Origin: Basidiobolus meristosporus CBS 931.73
Lineage: Eukaryota > Fungi > Basidiobolomycota
NCBI GenBank assembly: GCA_002104905.1
Contig: MCFE01000094.1
Coordinates: 1 to 64,000 of the forward strand
Reading direction: 5' to 3'
DNA length: 64,000 bases
Part shown: piece after piece, positions 51,450-63,300 of the stretch
Layout of the letters: every line of letters starts with the position of its first letter
Position numbering within the stretch: position 1 is the stretch's first letter
The notes under the pieces: model-generated
What the model saw: only the letters and a program-made list of their open reading frames with translations
Databases searched by the model: none
What the model was told of the DNA's origin: nothing
Made by a program: the position numbers and the translations under genes

Positions 51450-52435
51450 CTTCCTCAAGAGCCTGTTACAAGCAGGGCCAAATGCTTGAAACAAGTGCTA
51501 AAGAGGCATCAAGTAGCTGGAAAAGTGCCAATAAGGGTAAAGCAGCCAAACACAAATGCACCACCACAACATTTACCAAGGAAAAAGCTCAAGAGGTATT
51601 CCATCAAGGCAGCAGTGAAGGACCTGGCAGTGATAAAACCAAGTGACTACCTCAGGAGCCCATTGCAGCATGAGCTGAGATCTTGAAACAAGCTGGAAAG
51701 AAGCGTCAGGTTCTCTGCAGAGTGCCAGCAAGGGAGAGGCAGGCAAAACATATGAATTAAAGCAGCATTTATCATGGAGAAATCATAGTACAATACAGAA
51801 ATCACTTAGACAAACTAGCAGTGGAAGACTTGGCAGTGGTAGAGAATAAGGTAAAGGGGGAATAGTTTACCTAAGCCAGAGACAGGGAAGTGTAAGAAAA
51901 AAGCTGCAGTTCCTGCCAATTGATGCCATAAACCCAGAACAGACTGAATCCCATCATACACAAGAAGATTTACAAACAAGGAAGCAGCTGTTTTCACAAC
52001 AGTTGGAAGCCCAGCCAATTGAGCTACACTCCCGTGAGGTAGATGAGCTTGCAGAGAGAGGCAATTTGTCTACCACAGCCTCCATGTCCTCCAATGCTGA
52101 CAGAGTGGAGATCTGTTGTGTTCTATAATGAATGGTTCCAGGCTTGTTCTACAATATAGAGGCTAATCAGCTATATACAACAACTTCCAGTGTGCCAATA
52201 CTGAATTTGTTTATTGGGAGTTTGATATACCAATAGAAGATACAACTTTCACCAACATCCTCAATCTTAGGCTCAAAATAAACCATAGACTGTGTTTCTC
52301 ACTTGTACAGCAGTGCTTGGACCTTCTGTTGACTATTGGGCTGATTTACTTTTATATTAGCTTTTCCTTATTTAGAAGTCACTTTCCTTTCTGCAATAAT
52401 CTTTCCTAATATGGCAATTCTTTGCTTCTCTTTAA

Positions 52436-52613
52436 CCTAAAGGGGTGCAATGTAGAAGTCATTAAATGGGCCTTTAGACCTAAAGGGGTGTCTTTAGAGT
52501 AAAGGGGCTTCTTGTAGTAGTCCCTAAAGTGAAGATTACACTGAATGGGGGCCTAAAGGGGTTTCTTTAGTGAAAAGGGGTTTCTTAGAGGGGACTTTTC
52601 CAACAGAAAAGTG
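52436..52613. repeat. Subterminal repeat cluster (CC)TAAAGGGG, about 6 copies
   Basis: Copies at about 52436, 52479, 52500, 52552, 52573 and 52587. Confidence 0.7.
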
Positions 52614-53329
52614 GTAGATGCCTTGTAGAACTTAGATGGGATTCTTGTGAGCTTTGCAGTCTCTTTACTCATGTAGTACTGAATAAATTCAGAATATTCA
52701 ACAGTGCAAATGATGTAGGGGAAGTCATATAACCTTTAACTTGTAATTGTAGTGTGGGTATTCTGGAACAAGAGTCTATCCTTTATTTTTTAGCTGGGGA
52801 AGTCACATATATGAGAATTCTGAGGGATGAAAGCTTTTGGGCTATTGTGCAAGTAATACACCTGATACAAAGCTAAAATGCTGCACTGACACAGATTAGA
52901 CTTAGGCACAGGACCTGTGAATATTTCACATGATTTGATTGGCTGGTTCAAAAGTTACATGCAACCAAAGTCACCACAGTGATTTTAGCAATAGAAGCCC
53001 ATTATATATGCTAATTGGACTCTTTTGATCATAACTCCTGAAGTGCTGCTTCAACTGAGCTGTAATTTGAAGAATGTGTTGGCTACTGAGTGTTTTGCAT
53101 GACATAATATTATTTGGTGGATTGCTTGTCAGCGCTTGGAGCATTTGTTCTTCAAAGTTGGAAATTATTGATCCTTCACTTGTGTGTTACAATAGCAAAA
53201 AGCAAAATAAAGAACTGAGTGCAATATTGGTTTTGAGATATGTAGTGATGAAATACTTTCCATTACCACAGATCCCACTGACAGACAAAGTAAAATGTCA
53301 AGAACTCAAAATATTATCACAATGCCTTT

Positions 53330-53700
53330 GGTTGATTTTTGGAAACATTAATAGGCAAACCAAGAGGTTGCAGCACTTCTTCAAGAGCTGTGCTTAACAT
53401 AACACACCAGAATATTGTAAGGACTTATTGCAAAGACTAGCAGATGAGGAGCTAGACCTTGCAGTGCTGGCTGAAGACCAGGTTGGATGGTAACCAGTGA
53501 ATGCACAATGGCTTACTACTGTAGGGTTCCTGCCAAAGTAATGGAAAACCAGTGTTACAGCAGAAATACTTATTGAGTGGTGGCTTATAATGGAGTTAAT
53601 TGTTGAGTGTGAGGTTGGACTTGATGTTGGTGTAGGGTAAAGGGACTTGCATAGACTAATACAATTGGCATATTCAGGTACAACTGAAGTTTTGACAGAA
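53330..53700 (+). repeat. Second copy of unidentified repeat A
   Basis: Aligns by eye to the reverse complement of 38294-39050 once the 38424 LTR is removed. Confidence 0.65.
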
Positions 53701-54204
53701 AAAGAGCAATATGTATGCATCAAAAGTAAGAGAAATAGTTGAGTTAGGTAGTAAGGAAAATGAAAAAGAGGCAATAGACAATCAATGTGCACCAACATAG
53801 AAGGTAATATATTGTCTGAGATCAGAGAGTGAGAAAACTGGCAGAGAATCTATCAAAAGCCACTTCTGTACTGTTATGATGAGAAATTTTGACCAAGTTT
53901 CTTATGATATATGGGGTGTGTTATTCTTTGATAGTCTTTACACAGTTTCCTGATGAAATCAACACCTCTTAGTCATGGGACTTAGAATCTGTGACAGCCT
54001 TTTGATGTGATCAATACAATAATTTTTCATAGGGTGTATTGACTTAGTACTACAAAATTCTTTGCAGATATTTAGGAGGTAACCCTGGCAAAAATGGCAG
54101 CACCCAAGCATATGTTAACAAGATGTATGTTACCAGCATTACAAGGTATAGGCTACTTTGCAAGTATCACAAAGAAGCTGTAAACTTGTGGTGATAGAGG
54201 TATG

Positions 54205-54530
54205 TCAATTGCAGCAGGTGTGTATGTATGTTGAGTTTATTAAGCAGAAGGCCATATTTTTTTGATTCAGACTATTTATTGGATAACTAAGGTGGTAGTG
54301 GGTAAGCAAATAAACAGGGGTGATTATTTAGTGAAATGTTCAAATGGTACAAGGGGAGGTAGAAATGGATATATCATTTGGTAAACTAGCATGGTTGCAT
54401 TACACACAATTTGCTGTCAGCCACCATACTGGAATTGTAATGCCAGCAGTGGTTTGCATTGTGGCTGTCTGAGCACTGTCAAGTTTCTTGCCATAAAGGA
54501 AAATTGGATGTATGAGCTAGGCGCAACTTG
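54205..54530 (-). repeat. Second copy of unidentified repeat B
   Basis: Aligns by eye to 39440-39765. Confidence 0.6.
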
Positions 54531-55399
54531 ATGCATTGGCATGGCTCTTGGCTGAGTTTGGTGTAGTGCCGCTTGTTGACACAACTTGGCCTGCTCCAAT
54601 GGACTTGTGTCTAAATGAGCAGCTTGGTAAGTTCTGGTGGTTTTGCTCTGAAGTGCACGCATTGATCCAACATGCATTGACTTAATGCAGGGCACTCTTG
54701 TGAGAGGTGTTGGCATAATTTGGACTGGCATGTGCTGGTACGCTGAAGTTACACAGGATGGTAGGGAATCCAGCAAGGTGTGCTGGTGCAATCTGGATGC
54801 TGTTACTTGCGGTCTGTATTCTTCCTCTTGAAGCTCCCCTTCTAATTCCTGAAGGTATTCACTAACCCTCAGTCTGAAACTTTGGAACTGTTACCTGGAT
54901 GAGTCCTGTGTATTTTGTTCTTGAAAGTTACTTAGCTCTACTAATATACCACATAGTACATTAGTCATTTGAGGCAAAAACTCATTCAAAATATCTTTGG
55001 TTCCCTAAGCTTAGGCACAAACAGATGTGTCTGGCCTGTACAGAGCAAATTGTGTGCAAAATTGTTCCTGCATGACTTTCTCATCCAATTCCCTCACTCT
55101 CAGCTAATTCTTGATTTAAAAACTTGTCTTGTTGCATATCTTCTTACATACATCCACTGGCATTTTGATGTAGAACTCATGCCACAGCTTTCTACTCATA
55201 TTCTTCTATCTTTGTTGGCTCTCTGAGGTATCTAGCTTGGCTAGATTAATAAGTGGTACCCAAATATCTGTATGGAGCCTCAGTATATACACTTGGGCCA
55301 TACTGTAATTATTTGGCAAAAACTCAAATGGATCCAACATTGACTTTTCTGTACCAGACAGTGCTAGTGAACTGGGGGATGGGTTTTGTCAGGATTGTA

Positions 55400-56033
55400 C
55401 TAAAAATGAGTTGAGACTGATTATAGGGACCACAGTGATAGATTTGTATACTTATACAGTGGTATGTTGGCTTCAACCTGGTCTATTTTGAAGTATACAT
55501 GAAAACTAATGTGATTGTTGATTTTCCATATATTATTCATGATGAACCTTGGATTGCATTGACATGGGTCAGATCACATTAATTGCAGAATTTCTATTTG
55601 ATTATTCACTTGTGAGTAAAACATTAATAAAAATACTAAGTCATTGTTTGCGGGTGATTTTTGCAACAAAATGAATGGATATATGGCAATCAACAAATAT
55701 TTAATCAGAATGCATGGGAAATCAGATAAATAAAGCCAATTGTGCTAAATCAATTCAAATCACTTCAGTCCAATCACCTACCAACTTTAATATGACTTAC
55801 TCATCTGAATGGTCTTTTCTCATATCCCATCACTACCACTGGATTTCCTTTTGACACACTAAAGAGATATAAACCAAGTACTGTGGACCATCTACCCCAA
55901 TCTACTCAAGTCTTTTTTTTGGTATCTAAAAATCTGCTTAACTGCTGCAATGCAATTGATTTAATAGTTCTGATTGTGCTGGCTGCCAACTCCCATTATA
56001 TAAGAGATATCTGGATAAGTTCCAAGGATGATA
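55400..56033 (-). mobile_element. Copia RT-end/RNase H fragment
   Basis: Minus strand PDISY.MGV.SQ...IAAVKQIFRY; similar to 59790-59950. Confidence 0.6.
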
Positions 56034-58611
56034 TGTTAAAATACTAGACTTTTTGGTATCAATTGGCAGCTAAAAGTTTACTTAACAATATTGGAATAGC
56101 CTTAGTCACTGTGGGACTAACATATAGCCCAAACTCTGTCACTTTTTTCAGATTTATTATCCTATGATTATTCCTCTTTAGTCAACATCAATTTAGGACT
56201 TTTACCAAGCATCATGTACTAACCCTGAAAATGTTACAGAATGCCACTGAGTGTTGAGAAGCTCTACTTACTTAGTGTAACAGTTGTATTACTTCTATGA
56301 AGGTATAAATACTGAGCTTCCTTATCAATAAACAGCAGTTCAACTATTGTCACTATTTCATGATAAGTTCCTTTTCTCCAAATCACTTTTTAAATTGCAA
56401 TAGGTGATGAGCTCCAATTGACTTAGTCCAGTCTAGAGATGACATCTACCAGCAAACAGAACAATACAAACATCTTCCCTGTAAAGGAAAGGCTTGATGG
56501 GAATACCTACAAACTCTGGAAAGCTAAGATGCAGATCCATTTCAAGGAAAGAAAGCTTTGAAGTATAGTAACAGGAAGAGAAGTTGAGCCCAAAGAAACA
56601 GCAGAAGAAGTGGAGAAGTTCCAACAGAAGCAGAGAAAGGCCTAGCATGCCATATGTATCAATGTACAAGATTCCTTCATTACACAAGTTTATGCTTCAA
56701 ATACCACCGAAGCGGCATGGAAATCCTTAGAGAATATCATTAGAGCAAATTCAGTATCAAGTAAGCTTTATTTTAGACAAAAGTTCTTCAACATGAGGAA
56801 GCAGCCAGACAATGACATGCCACAACTCATTGACAGAATGAAGACACTTGCAGAGGAACTATACAGTATTAATGCTTGTGAAGATGAAGAATAATAGATA
56901 ATCTGTATGCTTTGCAGCTTACCAGACAAGTGTGAGTCACTGATACTTTCTTTTGATAGCAGAGTAGACAATTTGTCTTTTGACTATGTCAAATGAAGAC
57001 CTCTCCCCAAAGAACTCAGATGTAAAGTTCAAGCAAAGAAAAATTGAAGATAAGCTTTATTCAGCTCAGAAAGGCATACAGAAAAAAACAGAAGCAGCAA
57101 AACCAAAGAAAATCAGGTTTCTGTGACTACTGAAAATAGCCAGGACACTGAGCAAGAGAATGCAAGAAGAAACAAGCTGAAAAAAAACAGAAATTAGATT
57201 AGCTAAGCCATATGACCACTGATGAACGGCTTTTTGTAATGGACAAGCTAGCGCAAGTAACCAAAGTAATGAATGGTATATCAACTCTTGAGCATCACAG
57301 CATATTTGTGGTATAAAGGAGTGGCTCAGTAACTTGAAGACTATTTGCATCAGCAAGGTTTATCCGGCACAAAACTCTAACTGGAAGCTACCACCAGTGG
57401 ATCTATAGAGCTAAATATGAGTAATATCTCATGGGCAACAACAGCAAAACTGACTGACATACTCTAAGTGCCTGGAATAGTAACAAATCTAGTCTCAGTC
57501 AGTAAAGCAACTCCTCAGGGACTGAAATTTGTTTTTACTAAGCTAAGCTGCTTTTAATTGAGTGAAATTGGACAAAAACTAGCTGTGGAATCCAAGAGTA
57601 CAATATATTCAAGTTAAAATGCAAGATGATTGTACTATAACTACTCAGGGACTTAAGTTTGTTTTTACCAAGCGCAGCTGCCAAATACTGAGTGAAAATG
57701 TACCTGAATTAGCTTTGCAAAGCAGAGATCACAATACTTGCAAGTTACAATGCAGGATCATTTTACATGAATAATCCAACATTGCTAAAACAGAGATAAC
57801 TAGCTGGTAGACAGGAAACAGGAGGCTAGGACATACTGGGGACCAGAAAATGAAGCAATTTGTGAAAAATCAGCTTATTTTACGCCTAAATTGCTTAATT
57901 CCAATCAGATTGGATATCTGTAAGGGTTGCTCACATGGAAAAACAGCTAGCCAATATTTCAAGAGCTTTGGAGGCATAAACACAGCCAAAATATATGCTA
58001 TTGTGCACATGTATGCAGGCCCATGAGAACACTGTCCTTTGGAGCCAAGAGATGCATTCTGATACTCATTGATGAGAAGACCAGATATATGTGGGTGTAC
58101 TTCCTCACTAGCAGCTAAACCCATGGACAAATACCTGAAACTGAGAAAATCTCAGTTAGTTTCAGGTTGAAAATGCTTCAACATGAACCAAATCTCTCCC
58201 ATTCAATTAATGGTTGGTGGCCTGATGTACTCAAAGGTGTCTACATGCCCTGATATATTAGTCGTAGTTGGGGTAATCAGTCAATTCATGCAAAATTATG
58301 AATGGGATCAAATTGCAGCTGCTAAGTGGATTTTTAGATATCTTTAGGGTATCATGAATATTGCATTGGATACACTGGAGCAGCCAGTAGGTGAGATTTT
58401 GATGGTTATAGTGATTCCAATTGGGGCAGGGAACTGATTTTCTAACACTCTGTCACTGGGTATATATTTCTATATGCTGCTGCAGCTATAGTTTGAAATT
58501 GCAAGAAACAACAAACTATGGCCCTATCTACAATAGAAGTTGAGTTTATGGCTGCTTGTCAAGTGACCAGAAAGGCTACATTGCTAAAATATTATTCAGA
58601 GACTTGGATTT
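56034..58611 (+). mobile_element. Decayed, internally deleted copia element (family C): 5' LTR 56034-56402, degenerate PBS, gag, protease, integrase fragment, RNase H
   Basis: LTR followed by ggtgatgagctcc (PBS-like); RLDGNTYKLWKAKM gag; EWYINS protease-like; YSDSNWG...SVTGYIF...KKQQTMALSTIEVEF RNase H. Confidence 0.82.
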
Positions 58612-59962
58612 TGTTGCAATTTAAGAAGTAACTGGATATAAGGAACTTATTAAGAAGTAGTGATAGCAGTTTAACTGTGGTATTTATACCTTTGTGGAAG
58701 TAATACAGCTGTAACACTCAGAAGCATTCTGTAACATTTTCAGGATTAATGCAAAATGTTTGGTAAAAGTCCTGATTTGATCTTGACTATAGGAGAGTAA
58801 TCATAGGATCATAGATCTGAAGAAAGTGGCAAAGCTAGGGCTGTAAAGTAGTTGTAAGTAACCAAGAGTAGTCTAAAGTTGTTAAGCAAACTTTTAGCTG
58901 CCTGAATGATACAAATGGTTCATTATTTCAACACTCCCCCTCCACTATAAAATTTCTTAATCCTAATACCTCTCTTGGATTCTCAGATTGTGGTCTAGCT
59001 AGTGGTCTGTCAATATATCTGCCACCATTTTGTAAGTTAGGTAGTAAATCAACTCTATTTAGCTACCTTCTACAGCTTCCCTAAAAAAATCATGTTGTAT
59101 AACTATGCATCTAGTTCTGGCATGATGAGTAGGATTCCTAGCTAATGAAAGACAACTTTGGTTATCTGTGTAAATACATGTGGGTTCATCTGACTGAACA
59201 CCTAAGTCTTTGAATAGTCTTTTTAGCCTTATAGCCTCCCTAGTTTTTTTGTTACAATCTGCTGCTTGAATGTTTAAGTTGGATCAGTTTTTAGTCAAAT
59301 CAGTTAGATGTATGTTTAAGTTATCAGTATATCATGATTTTCTATCAATTTGTAGCATTAGTCAGCAAATGAATCAGCAGATCCTTATCAGACAGAAATA
59401 GATATATTGGGCAGGATCTTATTGGGTGATGATGATGCAATCAAAGGAGTCATCAGCCACAGCCTACATGAGGAAATACAATCAGTCAGCAACTGATCTA
59501 GCAAAATATATATAAGGAGATGCTGGAATCTCAATAAAGATTAGTTCAAATTTTAGTGAATACAATACTAGCTAAACTCCCTATTCCTCTGCAACTCTTA
59601 TACCAAGACTTGTAACAGTTTGACAAGCAGTCATATATTCAGCTTTAGTTGTAGATAGGGCCACAATTGTTTGTTTCTTATAATTCCCAGTAATAGCTGC
59701 ACCAGCTTAGAGAAATATATATCTGGTGACAGAGTGTCTGTCAATCAGTTCCCACCCCAATCCAAATCACTACAACCATCAAAATTTCACCCACTGGCTG
59801 CTACAGAATACTCCAGAACCATATCTATGGTATCTTTTAGATATCTGAAAATCTGCTTAACTGCTGTTATTTCTTCTGATCAATTATTATGCATGAATTG
59901 ACTGGCTATTCCAACTGCCACTGCAATATCTGGATGTGTACCCACCATTAAGTATATCAGGC
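58612..59962 (-). mobile_element. 3' end of a second copia-C element: 3' LTR 58612-58933, PPT 58934-58945, RNase H and RT end
   Basis: The LTR is an inverted copy of 56034-56402; ctccccctccac (PPT on minus) abuts it; HPDIAVAVG...AVKQIFRYLKDT and REAIRLKRLFKDLG on the minus strand. Confidence 0.85.
59250..59617 (+). mobile_element. Solo LTR of gypsy family D inside copia-C RNase H
   Basis: TGTTAC...TGTAACA; reverse complement of 60361-60729; TSD not clean. Confidence 0.8.
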
Positions 59963-60360
59963 TGTTACAAGACTTGGTATAAGATTCATAGAGAAATAGG
60001 AAGTTTTGCAAATACTGTATTCACCAAAACTTGGACTGCTTTTTATCAAGGTTCCAGCAGCTCCTTAAAACAGTTTGCCAGATCAATTGCTGACTAATTG
60101 CAGTTTTTGTCTGATAAGGATCTGCTGTTTTATTTGCTAACTAATGCTACCAATTTGATACATAACACTAATCTACTGATAGACTATACATTTAACAAAT
60201 TAACTTGACTAAAAACTGATCTAATGTTAGCAATAGTGCTGTAGATCATAACATTCTCCCCTATCAAAGTTAAGAGTGTTCACCTGAGTCTCTTTTCTTG
60301 TAGTTCCAAAATCTTGATGGTTCAGTATTGTTGGCAAGTCTTGCAAGCTTGAGTTTGTCT
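59963..60360 (-). mobile_element. Remnant 3' end of a gypsy-D element (internally deleted LTR 59963-60253, PPT, 107 bp of integrase tail)
   Basis: LTR followed by ttctcccc; 60254-60360 repeats 60730-60836. Confidence 0.8.
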
Positions 60361-63300
60361 TGTTACAATTCATGGTATAAGAGTTGTAGAGGAATAGGGA
60401 GCTTAGCTAGTATTGTATTCACTAAAACTTGAACTGATCTTTATCAAGATTCCAGCAGCTCCTTATATACATTTTGCCAGATCAATTGCTGGCTAATTGT
60501 ATTTCCTAATGTAGGCTGTGGCTGATGACTCATTTAATTACATCTTCATCACCCAATAGGATCCTACGTAATATATGTATTTCTGTCTGATAAGGATCTG
60601 CTGATTCATTTGCTGACTAATGTTACTGATTTGATATATAATATTGATATACTGATAACCTCGACAAATAACCAATTGATTTAACTAAAAACTGATCTAA
60701 CTTAAACATTCAAGTGGCAGATCATAACATCCTCCCCTGCTAAATTTGAGAGTGTTCTCCTGAATCTCTTCTCTTGTGATACCAATACCTTGATGGTTCA
60801 GTACTATCAGCAAGTCTTGCAAGCTTGAGTCTGTCCCTATGCACTAAGTCTTCCCAGATATTGCCTTGTTTGTCCACCAGTTGGTAAGTTGCAAATGGAC
60901 ATTCTCTGATGATCTTGAATGTTCCAGTCCATTGTGGCTCAAACTTCTTCCAAGTGCTGTTTCTTAGCAATACAAAGTTCCCAACTGTCAATGCTTCTGG
61001 TGCTATAGTCTTATCAGATCTCTGCTTCATCTTTTCTGCACTTTGAGATACTTTGGTCTGTGCCTCTTGATGTCTTTGTTCCAGTTGCTGGTGTCTACTT
61101 GGCTGACTGAGTTCATCTTCTAAGGTGTCTGTAAGCTTTGGTTGTGTGAGATCTCCTGGAATCCTTGGTTCACATCCATACACTAAGTAAAATGGTGATT
61201 GCTGGGTGGTGTTGTGTACTCTGACTCTGCATGCAAAGAGTGCTAGGTCTATATACTCATCCCATCTACTGACAACTCCATTTGCATACTTGGTCAGCAT
61301 TTTTCCAATTAATCCATTAAACTGCTCAGTGACTCCATTAGTTCTAGGGTGATATGCCAAGGTTTTCAGTTGTCTGATCTGCTGCATATCCAGGTAAGCC
61401 TCCAATGTCTTTGCCATAAAGTTTGCACCTCTATTGGATAGAATCTCTACAGGTCATTCAAACTTCATAAGGATCTAATGGTAGATGAAACTTGCAACTT
61501 CTTGTTCACTGGCTACAGGTACAGCTTTAGCCACTGGCCATTTTGTAGCATGGTCAATTGCTACTAGGATCCAACGGTTGCATTTCCTTGTAGTTGGCAG
61601 TCTTCCAATAAAGTCAATTCCCCATCTTTCAAATGGTCTTACAGGCTCCAAGGGAAAGAGTTCAGCAATTCTCTGTGGCTAACCTTGGTTGATTTGGCAA
61701 TTTGGGCATGTTTTCACTAGCTTCTCAATGTCTTGTTTCATTCTGGGCCACCATGCTCTGGCTTTCCCAAGACTATAGGTTCCTTCAATTCCAAGATGTC
61801 CATATCCATTATGTAGCTTATGTATTAAATCCAGGCAAGAAACATAAGGGCAATAGGCAATAGGCAATAGGGCTTCCATCAACAATTTGGTAGAGTGTTT
61901 CATCCTGTATTACAAATTTGCTGGCTTCATCCTGGATTATCTTCTTGATATCTTCATCCACCTCATTAGGAATGGCTTGGTCCTCCAAGTACTTTGGTAA
62001 TAGGCTAGGCCAATCTGATTTATGCACCAAGTTGAGTTGGGCAACTTGTTCTAATGTTGATAAGGCATCAGCAACCATGTTGCTGTTTCCAAGGCAGCAG
62101 ACAATCTCCAAGTCAAATTGTTGAATGTATTCACTCCATCTTGTCATTCTTCTAGAGAGTACCTTCTGAGTAAATATATACTTGAGGGAGGCATGATCAG
62201 TCTTCACAGTGAATTTGACTCCTTCAATATAGCATCTCCATGTCTTCAAACAGTGTATTATAGCAGGCATCTCCTTCTCATGGACTGGATAGTTTTGTTC
62301 TGCTGAGTTCAGTTTCTTGGATTCAAAGGCAACAGGGTAGTCCTTTCCCTTGTGTTCTTGGCTCAACATTCCACTAATTGCATAATCTGAAGCATCTATG
62401 CACAGAGTGAACTCTTTTCTGAAGTCTGGTATTCTTAAGCTTGGCAGCTTAGCAAGTTCATTCTTGAGTGTCTGGAAGGCAGTCTCACAAGCTATGTCCC
62501 ACTTGTAGGTATTATCTTTCTTGAGGATATCAGTTAAAGGGGCTGCAATACTTGCAAAAGACTTGACAAATCTCCAATAATAGGAAACCATTCCAAGAAA
62601 TGATCTGAGCTCTGATATGCTATGGGGCTGCTTCAGATTCTTGATTACTTCCACCTTCTTAGGGTCCAGGTCACTCCTGTGCTAGTCACTAAGTATCACA
62701 GATATTCAACATGTTCCTTGAAGAATTCACACTTGGGTAGCTTGCCATAAAGCTTGTTCTCTCTTAGCTACTTCAAGACCTTTTCAATGTGCACCAAGTG
62801 ATCCTCTTCTGTCTTGCTGTATATCAGTATATCATCTAGGTAGATTATGACTAATTTGTCTAAGTACTCCTGGAAGACAGTCTGCATCAGGGTCATGAAA
62901 GTTGCAGGAGCATTGGTGAGGCCAAAACTCATGACTTAGTACTTTTAATGTCAATATCTGGTCCTGAATGCTGTCTTAGGGATATCTTCTGGCTTCACCC
63001 TAATCTGGTTGTATCCTGACATGAGGTCAATCTTGTTCAAAATAGTGGCTCCATTGAGTTGGTCTAAGAGCTCATCAATCTGAGGTATGGGGTACTTATT
63101 CTTCACTGTAACTGAGTTGAGGGCTCTGTAGTTAATGCACATCCTAAGTGTTCCATCCTTGTTCTTCACAAAAAGTACTGGTGCTCCCCATGGTGACTTG
63201 CTGGGTTTGATATATCCTTGCTCCAGTAATTGTTCTATTTGTCTCTTCATCTCTTCCAACTCCAATGGACTCATTCTGTAAGGTGTCTTACTCACTGGAG

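Larger units (their letters stand above)
47530..52613 (-). mobile_element. Decayed CACTA/En-Spm (CMC) DNA transposon; left end not identified
   Basis: Tnp2-family transposase motifs on the minus strand, a divergent accessory ORF, and subterminal CCTAAAGGGG repeats ending near ...GAAAAGTG (reverse complement CACT). Confidence 0.75.
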
